A stretch of DNA of 63,702 bases, counting the filler, from Reticulomyxa filosa (lineage: Eukaryota > Protista > Foraminifera): NCBI GenBank assembly GCA_000512085.1. It is 23 parts of 23 records of this genome, joined end to end, with 100 filler letters (N's around TTAATTAATTAA, not from the genome) between each part and the next. Parts side by side here need not be neighbours in the genome. Positions count along the whole stretch, not along the records: positions 49,267 to 56,614 come from ASPP01007393.1; positions 56,715 to 62,252 come from ASPP01038787.1; positions 62,353 to 63,702 come from ASPP01029230.1; 20 more parts are not named here. One strand, given 5' to 3'. Under the pieces are notes generated by a model. The model was not told the origin of the DNA, searched no databases, and worked only from the letters and a program-made list of their open reading frames with translations. Positions 54,000-63,702 of the stretch are shown here, one piece after another. Position 1 is the stretch's first letter, and each line of letters begins with the position of its first letter. Both the position numbers and the translations under genes were made by a program.

Positions 54000-56575
54000 G
54001 TATTGGAGCAAAGCGCATCTGAAGTGGATGAGAATACCTTAATCAGTGTTTGGAGTTCATCGAATGCCAATTCAAGAGATGTATTCTTTAAAACAAAGTA
54101 TTGAAACAATAGGCTTTTAATTTTAGTGGCCGTGCCACTAAAAAAGTCAAAACATTGACGGATCATCTAATTTATTTTTAATCAAAACATTAATTTCACT
54201 AAGTTTATCACAACATGAAATTTCGTACCTGTTATTGTATTCTTTTGGGTGGAGTCAATTGAACTCTTCTCTGTTTTGTCAATTTTTTTTTTGATGGATG
54301 AGAGGTAACAACGTTAATTGGATATGTCAGAAACGTAACTTTGTACCCATTATCTCTATCAGTGACATTCCAAACACGCGATTAGCAGGAGGTACTTCAC
54401 TCTATTATAAAAACGAAAAAAACAAGCTCAAAAGCAAAACAAGAGAAAAAAAAGAGATGGTAGAGTTAGTTACAAATTGAAAGCAATATAAATCTTGCTT
54501 TGTTGCATTGATTTTGCAGGCCATTACACAATAAGCTTCATAAAGTCTTCGAAATCTGATTCAATAACAGTGCACAAGGCATAAAAAAAAAAGAAAGAAA
54601 CAAAATGAGGGGGAAAGAAAGAATGCAATTGCTGATGTTTGTCTGTTTTGTTCCTAACTCAACTCATTTGGTGTTTTGGCTGACTTAAACTTTTTGGAGA
54701 AAAATCTGTGCAACGCCAAATACTCGTAAAACAAAGTATTATTTTTCCAAGCTGCAAAGAGCTATTAATTCACCACAATGCATTTTATTTTTTTTGTGCG
54801 TGTGTGAGTTTCCTCCTTTCTCCTTCTCTTCTAATTTGTTGTGACAAACATTGGTGACAAGTAAATTGACAATTCTTGGAACAGTAAAGAGTTGATAAGC
54901 ATGCAATCCTAATAGTTTTCGAATACAGTCTTCAAAGCGATCCTCACGTTTTCTGGTGTGCGAGAATTGTTTTAAGATTAATTTGATTGTATTTTGATAT
55001 TTTCGTATTTTGTCATGTTCTGTTTCGGTTCGCCACAGAGTGTAGTCCAACGTGCTGCAGTAGCGCGCATGCTCCAATCGATTATACATTTTTTCAATAA
55101 GACGATACAGCGCATAATAGCTCTCATTCCCCATGATGGTTTTGTGGCCGGGATTCTCCGGCAAATACTGTTGAAACGGTAAACACATTTTTTGATAAGC
55201 CTCTTCGTCGAGCTTGGAAAGCGTCGATTCCACTGACAACAAATTTGCAGTCACAATACTACGCATTCAAAAAGTAGACTATATATGGACAAATAAAAAT
55301 TATATACAAATATACATATACATGTATATAAAGGACTAAACATTCAATTTCCAACTGAGGAGAATCCTCGGTGTCAAATGCCGATAAAAGTGAATGCAAT
55401 TGGTGTTTATCTTTGCCAGACATCCTGGATGAAGCGCTCAATTTATGTTCGTTGTTATTGTCACTGTAATAATGCAGTTGGGGATTGCCAATGGAATTGG
55501 AGTTGGACTTGGACATAAATGCGGAGAGGACCTCTTCGGAAAAGGGCACTCCAAATAGATCGACATACAGAGTTTTCCACATTTGCACAAACTGTTTACA
55601 GAAAGAAAGACAACACAATCCAACATACAACATTGCATGCGCTATGTGTATACATTGAGCAGATCCAAAAAAAAAAAAAGTTTCAAAACTGCAGGTTTTT
55701 CGTGGAACACATGTTTGGCACAATGGAAAATGATTTTCATCACATCGACTAACGTGTGTGTATTGGTGAATGAAAAGCGCATATCGTGAAGGTCAATGTT
55801 TTTGACATGGACACGTGGGAAAGTTCCGCACTCGGAGCTCAAGGAGGCTGCCATTTCTTGAAGAATGGTATTGGAATTTATTACTCCAACGCCTTCGACA
55901 ACCCCTGTGGTCGTTGTGTTGGACTGAGACAGGGACTGCGATTCGGATTGAGATTGGGATGGACATTGAGACTGCGATTGCGATTGCGATTGTGGTTGTG
56001 ATTGTGATTGTGATTGTGATTGTGATTGGATTGGATGGTTGCGACCAACATCCATTGCATTTGCTTCCGACGTTGTTATTGTGTTTGTAACATTGACATT
56101 GGCACCAATATCGCGAGAAGAATCAGATGGCAATATAATCGCAATGTCAACATCACTGTGTTTGTCTTCTGCTTCGTTCTCCTCTGGCTCTGGCTCTGGC
56201 TCTGGTTCTGGTTCTGGCTCTACTTCTACCTCTACCTCTACCTCTACCTCTGCTTCTTCTTCTTCATTTTCATCATCTTCTTCTCTTCCTCTTTTTTCTC
56301 CTACACTATCATCTCTTTCCCCTTGTTCTTCCTTCTCCTCTTCTTTCTCTCCTCTTTCCGTGGGATTACTTGGACTGGCGTTGTCGCAACATTTGGCCAT
56401 CGGTGAGACCACACACAAAGCGGACTCGTTGGCATCGCTGGTCTTGACGTGCTCGATCTTCATCAGGACGTCTTCGCGCTGAATGGCTCGTTCCATGTAG
56501 GACTTTGAGTCAACGAAACCGTAGTTGGGATCTTTTTTGCGTTTCGCGTGTCTTTCTTTCATTTGTTGGACCAAA

Positions 56576-56580
<5 letters not shown>
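54000..56580 (-). CDS. SIN3: SIN3-like transcriptional co-repressor, C-terminal part, multi-exon
   Basis: MGNESYYALYRLIEKMYNRL..FEDCIRKLLGLHAYQLFTVPRIV matches the Sin3 C-terminal domain; upstream MRFSF..LVDV..FVQMWKTLYVDLFGV. Confidence 0.75.
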
Positions 56581-56614
<34 letters not shown>

Positions 56615-56714
56615 NNNNNNNNNNNNNNNNNNNNNNNNNNNNNNNNNNNNNNNNNNNNTTAATTAATTAANNNNNNNNNNNNNNNNNNNNNNNNNNNNNN
56701 NNNNNNNNNNNNNN

Positions 56715-57177
56715 TTATTACTCTTGAAATTCCATCTAAGGCGACTGTAGTTGCTGTTAACATATCTTTTGGATTTTTAGATACTCCCAAGTTGATCTCA
56801 TTCTGAAATAACTTGATAGTGGACTGAATGTTTTGTGAATTTACTACGGAAATTTGATCTTGAATAAGCTTCATTAAGGACTGTGGTATCTGATTTGTGT
56901 AAATGCCACGTTTTAATTCTTTTAGAGCATCATCCTCAAAACCGTTCTGTATTACTTTCCAAAGTAAATGGCAGTATCTCTTATATTTGCTTAGCTTTAT
57001 ACTTGTCTGTAAGTTGTTATTGTTACGATTCTGGATAAACCGTTTTGGGTTACAGACTTTATGAAAATCTGTCTCCAGAAAGTCCATGAAATAACGAGCT
57101 GTTTCTTTCACAAAAAGTATTGTTCCTTTTGGGTTTTCTGAACTCTCTTGTATTTGCTTAACCATTGAAGAAGTCAT
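56715..57177 (-). CDS. Uncharacterised bacterial protein, N-terminal part (truncated by contig end)
   Basis: Open ORF with AAGGAAG SD-like site upstream; KETARYFMDFLETDFHK block. Confidence 0.75.
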
Positions 57178-57603
57178 ACTTTCTTCCTTGTTATCGATTT
57201 ATGAATCATTATCCCATCTTCGATGATTTTCCATATTGATCGCAATAGCTTACTAAAAATATATTTGCATGAGCAAATATATACATAAAAGTCATAATGT
57301 AACAGTGCTAATATATCATCTAGTATTTCCAGCTAAGTATAGAAGAGTGGTATTTGATAAAGCAGTATTTTTTCGGATGCTCTTATATTAAGTGTAAAGG
57401 AAAAAGCGTCTTCTGCATTGTTCATTAGGCATGCAGAGCCGATGAGAACAGTAGATGGTCTTTACAACTGGTTAAAGAAGATATAGACATGGATGAAACT
57501 CGGGAAAGCGAGGCACAGCAAAAAGATTCTGACATAGAACAACCGCGCGTAGTCTCAACAACTGAGATAGCTAACAATTTAAAAGGTATAGAGGTATAGA
57601 AGT

Positions 57604-57929
57604 ATGACAATAGAAAAACAACTGGCATCTATACAGGATAAATTAACAAGTTTAGAACAAGAAATACAGCTATTAAAATACAAGGCAGAAGCTAGTTCTG
57701 TTTTAGAAAAAGAAATAGAACTACTGAAATATAGAACAGAAGCTAAACCTTCTAAAGATTACTATACTAGAGAAGATTTGGCAGACATGCTCAAAATAAC
57801 AATGCAAACTTTAAGCAATTATTATTATCTTAATGAATCAAGGTTGCCTAAGCGTACTTTTTATAAGAAAAAAAATACATAGTTACAAAGAAGGACTGGC
57901 AGGACTGGCTCAACAATCGGGATAAATAG
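57604..57929 (+). CDS. Coiled-coil + excisionase/AlpA-type HTH DNA-binding protein (frameshift in A-run at ~57868-57875)
   Basis: YYTREDLADMLKITMQTLSNY; shifted continuation KYIVTKKDWQDWLNNRDK*; duplicated LEQEIQLLKYKAEA/LEKEIELLKYRTEA. Confidence 0.7.
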
Positions 57930-58020
57930 CATTTTTATCGGTAGTAATATTTTGCTTGCTAGTGAGTTTAAATAGTTGTTAAATGATAGGTAAGTAAAGA
58001 AAACTTAACATAGGTACACC

Positions 58021-59106
58021 ATGACAAATAGCAGAGAAAGACTTATAGAAGCTGCACAAGCTTATAGCGATAAGGCAATGATGTTAAGAGAGCATGTGCA
58101 TGAAGGTTATCATCTTGTAGGAAGTGCACAGTATTTTACTGATGGACTTGAGAAGCAAATGGCAAGTAACATGTTACCGCTTTCGGGCTCGATAACAGAA
58201 GCTCAGGTGAAAGCAGTTATAGGTACTGTATATATTGATGCTGAGCTGGTTTTGAAGTTAGCCAAGCTTAAACATAATTATTCTTTAGGTGTCCATTTGG
58301 ACAATATTGAAGGTAACTTCCAAACTATCGCTGGGGTTGAGAACCTTAAAAAAGCAATAAGTAAGTCTAATACATTTAGCAATAGTCATATTAAAGAGGT
58401 GAATAGCAAGCTGGATTTGTATATTGAGCAGTTAAAAGCAAGGAATACTATAAAGGAAGAAGTAGCTGTGTTACAAGAGCTTGTGAAGCACGGGGAATCA
58501 TTTGCAACTACGAAAGAAATTGATAAAGAGTTTTTGTTAGGAGATAACAATTACTCGACTGTAGTAGCAGAGCATAAAGGCAATAAGAGCAATATAACCA
58601 AGCACTTACTTGGCAAGAGTGATGCATTAGCGAAGGAAGATAAGCAAGAACAAGGTGGAATTATTGAGACGGTAAAAAAGGCTGTTATGAATTACTTTTA
58701 TCCTCCTGCAGAAGCGAAGGCAATAGATGTAGTATACAAGGAAGCTATGACAGGTTCAGATGGTGAAGTTAGTACATTTGACAAGAAGATTAATGCAGAT
58801 ATGAGCTTATTGTTTACTGAAAAGCTGGTGAAGTGTCATGTGAATGTAGTTTATAACGCCTTAAAGACGCATGAATCAGCAGCTATTATGGGAGCAAAGT
58901 CTGACAATTGCGATTTTGTATACAAGAATGGCTATGTCATGAATGAAGTTGTAGACAAAGTTGATAAGTTGTTATCACTGGCTATTGACGAGCAGAACAA
59001 TGCCCTTCATCTTGATTATTATAAAGGTATAACATACGGGTATCTTGCTGATAACGTAGCTGATTTTATGGTAGACGTATTACAGCCAGTTACAGTAGAA
59101 GCATAA
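58021..59106 (+). CDS. Hypothetical protein, 361 aa
   Basis: Long ORF, AGGT SD-like site, bacterial codon style. Confidence 0.85.
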   Translation: MTNSRERLIEAAQAYSDKAMMLREHVHEGYHLVGSAQYFTDGLEKQMASNMLPLSGSITEAQVKAVIGTVYIDAELVLKLAKLKHNYSLGVHLDNIEGNFQTIAGVENLKKAISKSNTFSNSHIKEVNSKLDLYIEQLKARNTIKEEVAVLQELVKHGESFATTKEIDKEFLLGDNNYSTVVAEHKGNKSNITKHLLGKSDALAKEDKQEQGGIIETVKKAVMNYFYPPAEAKAIDVVYKEAMTGSDGEVSTFDKKINADMSLLFTEKLVKCHVNVVYNALKTHESAAIMGAKSDNCDFVYKNGYVMNEVVDKVDKLLSLAIDEQNNALHLDYYKGITYGYLADNVADFMVDVLQPVTVEA

Positions 59107-59134
59107 ATAAAATAGAAATTAACAGGAGAATAAA

Positions 59135-59431
59135 ATGACATACAATTACGAAGCATTATTTAACAATATTGAGCAATTAAATAAGAATTCAGGATTGCCA
59201 TTATTAAACAAAGGTATAGAGCTTTCTGTACCTAATACTTTTGGTACCAGGGAAGTACAGCCAGGTACTAATGTGGAATTTGGATTAAACGAACTTTTTG
59301 GTATAATTGGATTTTCTTATGGTGACAATCCAGATATGATAGAAGTAGCTAAGGATCTTTACACACAGGCTCATGAATTAGCAAAAGGCTTATATGAGCA
59401 GGTTAATGCAATTTTTGACAGTATTTATTAA
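59135..59431 (+). CDS. Hypothetical acidic protein, 98 aa
   Basis: AGGAG SD; 28 nt after the previous ORF; terminator follows. Confidence 0.8.
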   Translation: MTYNYEALFNNIEQLNKNSGLPLLNKGIELSVPNTFGTREVQPGTNVEFGLNELFGIIGFSYGDNPDMIEVAKDLYTQAHELAKGLYEQVNAIFDSIY

Positions 59432-59457
59432 TAAATTATTTCTTTTCTAATAGTTTC

Positions 59458-59494
59458 AGATGAGTAGACTTAATCGGTTTACTCATTTGTTTTT
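59458..59494 (+). terminator. Rho-independent terminator
   Basis: AGATGAGTAGAC-ttaatcg-GTTTACTCATTT stem followed by GTTTTT. Confidence 0.75.
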
Positions 59495-59506
59495 AGAGAT
59501 ATCTTT

Positions 59507-59899
59507 ATGACGTTAAAGAGATGCATTAATTTTGTATTACTTATTTGTGTTGTCTTACTTACTGGATGTGCTTCAGTTACAACTGGACAGAATCAATCAG
59601 TTTCTGTTTACACTGGCTCCATTAGTGGAGCCACGTGTAAATTAGCCAATGATGCAGGTACGTGGTACGTTAATCAGACTCCAGGCTCTGTTACTATTAA
59701 TCGTTCGTATAGCGATTTGAATGTAATCTGCAACAAAGGTAGAAAGAGTAATAGTATAGTTGTTAGCTCTAAAACCAAAGGACTGGCTTTTGGTAATATT
59801 CTAGCTGGTGGGATTATAGGGGCTGCGGTTGATGTTGGGACTGGTGCAGCTTATGACTATCCTAGTGAAATATATGTTCCTTTAGAAATGGATAAATAG
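59507..59899 (+). CDS. Bacterial lipoprotein
   Basis: Lipobox LLTGC; GNILAGGIIGAAVD..TGAAYDYP glycine-zipper C-terminus. Confidence 0.88.
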   Translation: MTLKRCINFVLLICVVLLTGCASVTTGQNQSVSVYTGSISGATCKLANDAGTWYVNQTPGSVTINRSYSDLNVICNKGRKSNSIVVSSKTKGLAFGNILAGGIIGAAVDVGTGAAYDYPSEIYVPLEMDK

Positions 59900-59935
59900 T
59901 GTCAATAAAAAGAAGCAGGATAGCAGAGCCAACTC

Positions 59936-60184
59936 ATGAATAGACCGACAAGAGAGCTTGTTAGAGGGTATTTGCAGTATCTTTTCAGCATAGTTGTGAT
60001 TGGATTGATAGCAGGCCTTTTAGGTGGTGGCCTTTTAAAGTTTTTACTGACGGAATTAAGTTTTTTAGATGTTGCGAATTATCTTGCTGCCTATGTAGTC
60101 TTTTCTGTAAGTTTATGGCTGTTTGTATTTACGCCGATTATAATGATTAGAGCAATGTTTTTTGATAAGAAAAAGATAAAGTGA
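59936..60184 (+). CDS. Small two-TM membrane protein
   Basis: Two hydrophobic segments, basic C-terminus. Confidence 0.65.
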   Translation: MNRPTRELVRGYLQYLFSIVVIGLIAGLLGGGLLKFLLTELSFLDVANYLAAYVVFSVSLWLFVFTPIIMIRAMFFDKKKIK

Positions 60185-60246
60185 ATCAGATTTCATTAAA
60201 ACTTAACAAAACTTGTCAAGTCCCCGATAAGTAGTCCGGTTTTAAG

Positions 60247-60871
60247 TTAGTAATAAAGTAAATTGGAGATCATGGATCGAGTTATTCGTTTAACTGCTCT
60301 ATGGTTCTGTTCTATAAAATTGTTAAGATATTTGATCTGCCTAATCAGAATTGAATTGGTATACGCTGGTTCAAGGTTGACTTCTTTCAAAACTCCTAAG
60401 TTAGAGCCACTTTTGTCAATGTTGACCTTCTCTGGTAAACCATTGTTTGAAATTGCCTTTTTCAAAAAAACTTTAGCTGCCTGTAAATCACGTTTCTCAG
60501 ATAAATAAAAGTCAATAGTACTATTACTCTCATCTACAGCCCTGTAATAATATACCCAATTACCTTTTACCTTAATATATGTCTCATCCATCCTCCCGTT
60601 TTTACCAACTACTTTCTTATATTTCCTTGATTCCTTTTCTAGCAAAGGAGCATACTTCACTACCCAACGATTGATTGTTGCGTAATCTATGCCTAAGCCT
60701 CTTTCTTTAAGAAGCTCTTCTACATGCCTATAACTTAATGGATATGCTAAATACCATCGTATTGCCATTATTATTATTTCTTTTGGAAAATGAGCTCCTT
60801 TAAAACTTATCATAACAGCCTGCTTAATTTGATTCTCAGGATTTATTTATACTATTATTTGCGACAGAACC
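60247..60871 (-). mobile_element. tnpA: IS6-family insertion sequence, C-terminally truncated transposase with left IR
   Basis: FKGAHFPKEII..IRWYLAYPLSYR..MDETYIKVKG..YRAVD..IDKS..KYLNNFIEQNHRAVKR; IR GGTTCTGTCGCAAA at 60858-60871. Confidence 0.95.
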
Positions 60872-61029
60872 CCACGCATCACCATTGCCAATTTATTTCT
60901 TTTAATTTTCTTTTATCAAGATAAAAACTTTTATTTTTATTGCAAGCTGAATTGGTTACCTGAATTCAGGATTTAGGTTAGTAAGATAGTCCTGCCTAAA
61001 AACAACTGCTACCCTTCGCACATTTTAAT

Positions 61030-61043
61030 TTTGCGACAGAACC
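61030..61043. repeat. Second IS6 terminal IR (solo end)
   Basis: TTTGCGACAGAACC identical to 60858-60871. Confidence 0.85.
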
Positions 61044-61093
61044 CGCCACATTACCCTGTTTTTTTTAATCTAAAACTATTGTTAAAAAGAAAG

Positions 61094-61121
61094 TTGACAG
61101 TGTGTAAATTACTTTTATAGT
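61094..61121 (+). promoter_or_regulatory. sigma70-type promoter for parA
   Basis: TTGACA-16 nt-TATAGT, ~35 nt upstream of the ATG. Confidence 0.6.
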
Positions 61122-61154
61122 AATGATTAAATTTAATACTCAATATATAAACTT

Positions 61155-62150
61155 ATGATATATAGACCTTCTCAAATAATGAAATTATTTGACATCAAAA
61201 TAACTAAGACAACTCTTTATAACCATGAAGCTACAGGAGAGATTCCAAGTGCGCAAAGATTGAAGGTTGGTAAGCAAAGTATTAGAGGCTGGAGGCAAGT
61301 AGATTTACCTTTTCTAGGAGAAAAATACGGATTTTTGGATAAGTCGCTGCAGAAAAAGAAAAAAATTATTTCTATTTATACCCCTAAAGGTGGCGTATTA
61401 AAATCCACTTTAGCCATGAACTTTAGTAGAATCCTCGCTTTACATAATATTAAGACACTTGTTATAGGATTAGATATACAAGGTACTATTACAGAAATGT
61501 TTAATCAAGCTCCGGATATTAACGAAGAAAACATAGATATATTAGATAAAGATGAAAAAAAAGATCTTTATTTACTGAGTCATAATCAAGTTCAATTTTC
61601 TGAGATAGTCAATTCAACAGATATACCTACTCTTTTTTACATACCTGAAACACCAAATTTGGTTTTTTTAGAACAAAGAATACGGGAGCAAAGTAAAAGA
61701 GAGTTTTTTTTCGAGAGATTATTGAAATCATATATAGAATGTTTTGATGTCATTATTTTTGATAATGCCCCTAATTGGAATTATATATGCCAAAATTCTT
61801 TGTCATTAGCTACTGATGTGTTATCTCCTATATCTTGTGAAGTTAATACTTATTATTCTTTAGCTCAAAATGTACGTATAATAGAAGAATATAAAAGCAA
61901 TATGAATTTAAAATGGGATAATTTTATTTTAATCCCAACTAAAGTTAACAATACAGTTTTATGTAAAGAGATTGAAACAAGATATAGAAATGATTTAAGA
62001 GGAAAAATATCTACGTCTTCTATTAGATCTGCCACTATAGGGGAACAAGGGAGTTTGGCAAAATTATCTGCCATTGAAATATCTCCTACTTCAAATTTAG
62101 CATTAGATTATAAAGAACTATTTAAAGAAATATGGAAAAAGCTAAATTAA
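61155..62150 (+). CDS. parA: ParA family partition ATPase with N-terminal HTH (type Ia-like)
   Basis: Deviant Walker A KGGVLKST, LDIQGT, IIFDNAP; N-terminal IYRPSQI..ITKTTLYNHEATGEIP..RGW HTH. Confidence 0.92.
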   Translation: MIYRPSQIMKLFDIKITKTTLYNHEATGEIPSAQRLKVGKQSIRGWRQVDLPFLGEKYGFLDKSLQKKKKIISIYTPKGGVLKSTLAMNFSRILALHNIKTLVIGLDIQGTITEMFNQAPDINEENIDILDKDEKKDLYLLSHNQVQFSEIVNSTDIPTLFYIPETPNLVFLEQRIREQSKREFFFERLLKSYIECFDVIIFDNAPNWNYICQNSLSLATDVLSPISCEVNTYYSLAQNVRIIEEYKSNMNLKWDNFILIPTKVNNTVLCKEIETRYRNDLRGKISTSSIRSATIGEQGSLAKLSAIEISPTSNLALDYKELFKEIWKKLN

Positions 62151-62479
62151 AAAGTAAGTTAGATCGTATAAGTTCAAGATTGACCTCCAGTTTACAGCCT
62201 ATGCATTCGGACAGACAGGGACAAACCACCTCTTTTGTGGGGGACAGACAGGNNNNNNNNNNNNNNNNNNNNNNNNNNNNNNNNNNNNNNNNNNNNTTAA
62301 TTAATTAANNNNNNNNNNNNNNNNNNNNNNNNNNNNNNNNNNNNNNNNNNNNTTTTTTTTTTGATAAATAAAATAATAAACTAAACACAAAACAAAACAA
62401 ATTAAAGATATTTCGAAACTGGCTGTGCTGCATAAAATTATTGATCCGTGTTATGAGGATTCGATACAGTTGATTGTTA

Positions 62480-63702
62480 TCATTACGTCGTCGTTTTATC
62501 TTCGTGATTTCACGGTCAAGTCGTCGTTGTCGATTGACCTCTTCATTGGTGGAGGGAGAAGAAGAAGAGGAGGGGGGGAGATGCGACTGAATAATAATAA
62601 TAAAAAAGAAAATAATGATTAATAAGATATGAATTGGGGAAGAGGGGAGTTGGAAGGTTAAAACCTTCAGTAGGACAAATCCAACAATTATGTGTCTCCG
62701 CGAGAAAAACGTGTTGAGAGGTAATTGCGGTTTGTACCACTGATGGGCCTTCTATTAAAGTCCTCAACCGGTGGAGAGGCACTGCCGCCAGGATATTGTA
62801 AGTCTCCGGCAGTATAAGGTGACTGTTGAGAGATAGGTGAGCCTATAAGTCTCCGGCCTTTTAAGGCGACTGTTGAGAGGTAGGTGAGCATATAAGTCTC
62901 CGGCCTTATATAATGCGACTGTGGAGAGGCAATACGGGCAGTGTAAACAAATAGTCTCCCGGTGCGTGATGTGAGAGGTGACTGTTAACAGTCATGAGTC
63001 TCCAGCGTAAAGTAAAACGCTCTCCCACCCAACCATATCTTATTTTTCTTTTTTTTTTCTAATATTCCAATGCACCTTCTGTCTTTTTATTATCTCCATG
63101 CTGGTAGTGAGTCAATTGTCGACAGCGATTTAGCCCACAGGTTAGAAATATATATATATATATATATTCATATATTTATTTATAAAAATTTCTTTCTTGA
63201 AATAAATTGTTATTTCTGTTGTTGTTGCAGTCGTCGTCGTCGTTGTTGCCATGGACGTAATCGTCGTTTCGTCTTTGGTGGAGGGAGAAGGGAGAAGATT
63301 GGAGTGGGAATGCAATTAGATAACTAAAAAAAAAAAAAGAATTAATAAATAATAAGAAAAATGATTGGGGAAGAGGGAGTTGGAAGGTTAAAACCTTCAG
63401 GAAGGGCAACACCGAACAATGTACATGTCTCCGCGAGAAAAAATCGTGTTGAGAGGTAATTGCGGTTTGCACCACTGATGGGCCTTTCATTAAAGTAACA
63501 TATGGCCGGTTGAGAGGCACTGTCGCCATGATATTGCAAGTCTCCGGCAATATAAGGTGACTGTAGAGAGGTAAGTGAGAAAGCCTATAAGTCTCCGGCC
63601 TTACAAAGGTGACTGTTGAGAGGTAGGTGATAAAGCTTATAAGTCTCCGGCCTTATATAATGCGACTGTAGAGAGACAATACGGGCAGTGTAAACAAATA
63701 GT
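62480..63702. repeat. Two tandem ~730-750-nt non-coding units, each containing an array of ~45-55-nt GTCTCC...GAGAGG hairpin subrepeats
   Basis: GGAAGGTTAAAACCTTCAG at 62652 and 63382; GTAAACAAATAGT at 62943 and 63690; TAAGTCTCCGGC..GACTGTTGAGAG subrepeats. Confidence 0.9.

Larger units (their letters stand above)
56715..62252. mobile_element. Bacterial, plasmid-like contig (symbiont or contaminant)
   Basis: Intronless dense ORFs, SD motifs (AGGAG), intrinsic terminator, sigma70 promoter, IS6, ParA; lacks the host's long homopolymer/microsatellite introns. Confidence 0.9.

Noticed and set aside
1458-62352. Regularly recurring TTAATTAATTAA palindrome
   Set aside because: Assembly linker embedded in Ns, not biological; cross-contig gene neighbourhoods are meaningless
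62690-63702. CRISPR array or coding ORFs on the minus strand
   Set aside because: Spacers are homologous rather than unique; indels between the two units break frames; separated from the bacterial contig by a linker

Overview
This window is a concatenation of 23 short, unlinked contigs joined by an artificial 100-nt linker (N44-TTAATTAATTAA-N44, stops in all six frames), so adjacency across linkers has no biological meaning. 22 contigs look like an AT-rich, intron-rich protist genome with homopolymer/microsatellite introns and many decayed gene copies. The WD40, kelch and PPR family styles suggest a rhizarian such as the foraminiferan Reticulomyxa (inference). Recognisable genes or fragments: myotubularin, PKG/PKA kinase, ABHD11-like hydrolase, PCF11, bromodomain plus ATXR3/SDG2-type SET methyltransferase, CAP-Gly, PPR-Smr, Tc1/mariner transposase, WD40, kelch, VIT1, a GPCR with an LRx9G linker, prolyl 4-hydroxylase, glutaredoxin, a Cys-rich GPI-type surface protein and SIN3. 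One contig (56715-62252) is bacterial and plasmid-like (HTH-ParA, IS6, lipoprotein, excisionase-like HTH). The most striking unexplained element is at 1769-2296: a near-perfect tRNA cloverleaf whose anticodon loop is replaced by a ~465-nt insert. The insert is closed by a long-range helix and carries ~12 ACTTCATG motifs separated by short spacers, some of them hairpins. A second hairpin-repeat array family lies at 62480-63702, and compact structured ncRNA candidates lie at 14317-14434 and 9068-9123.
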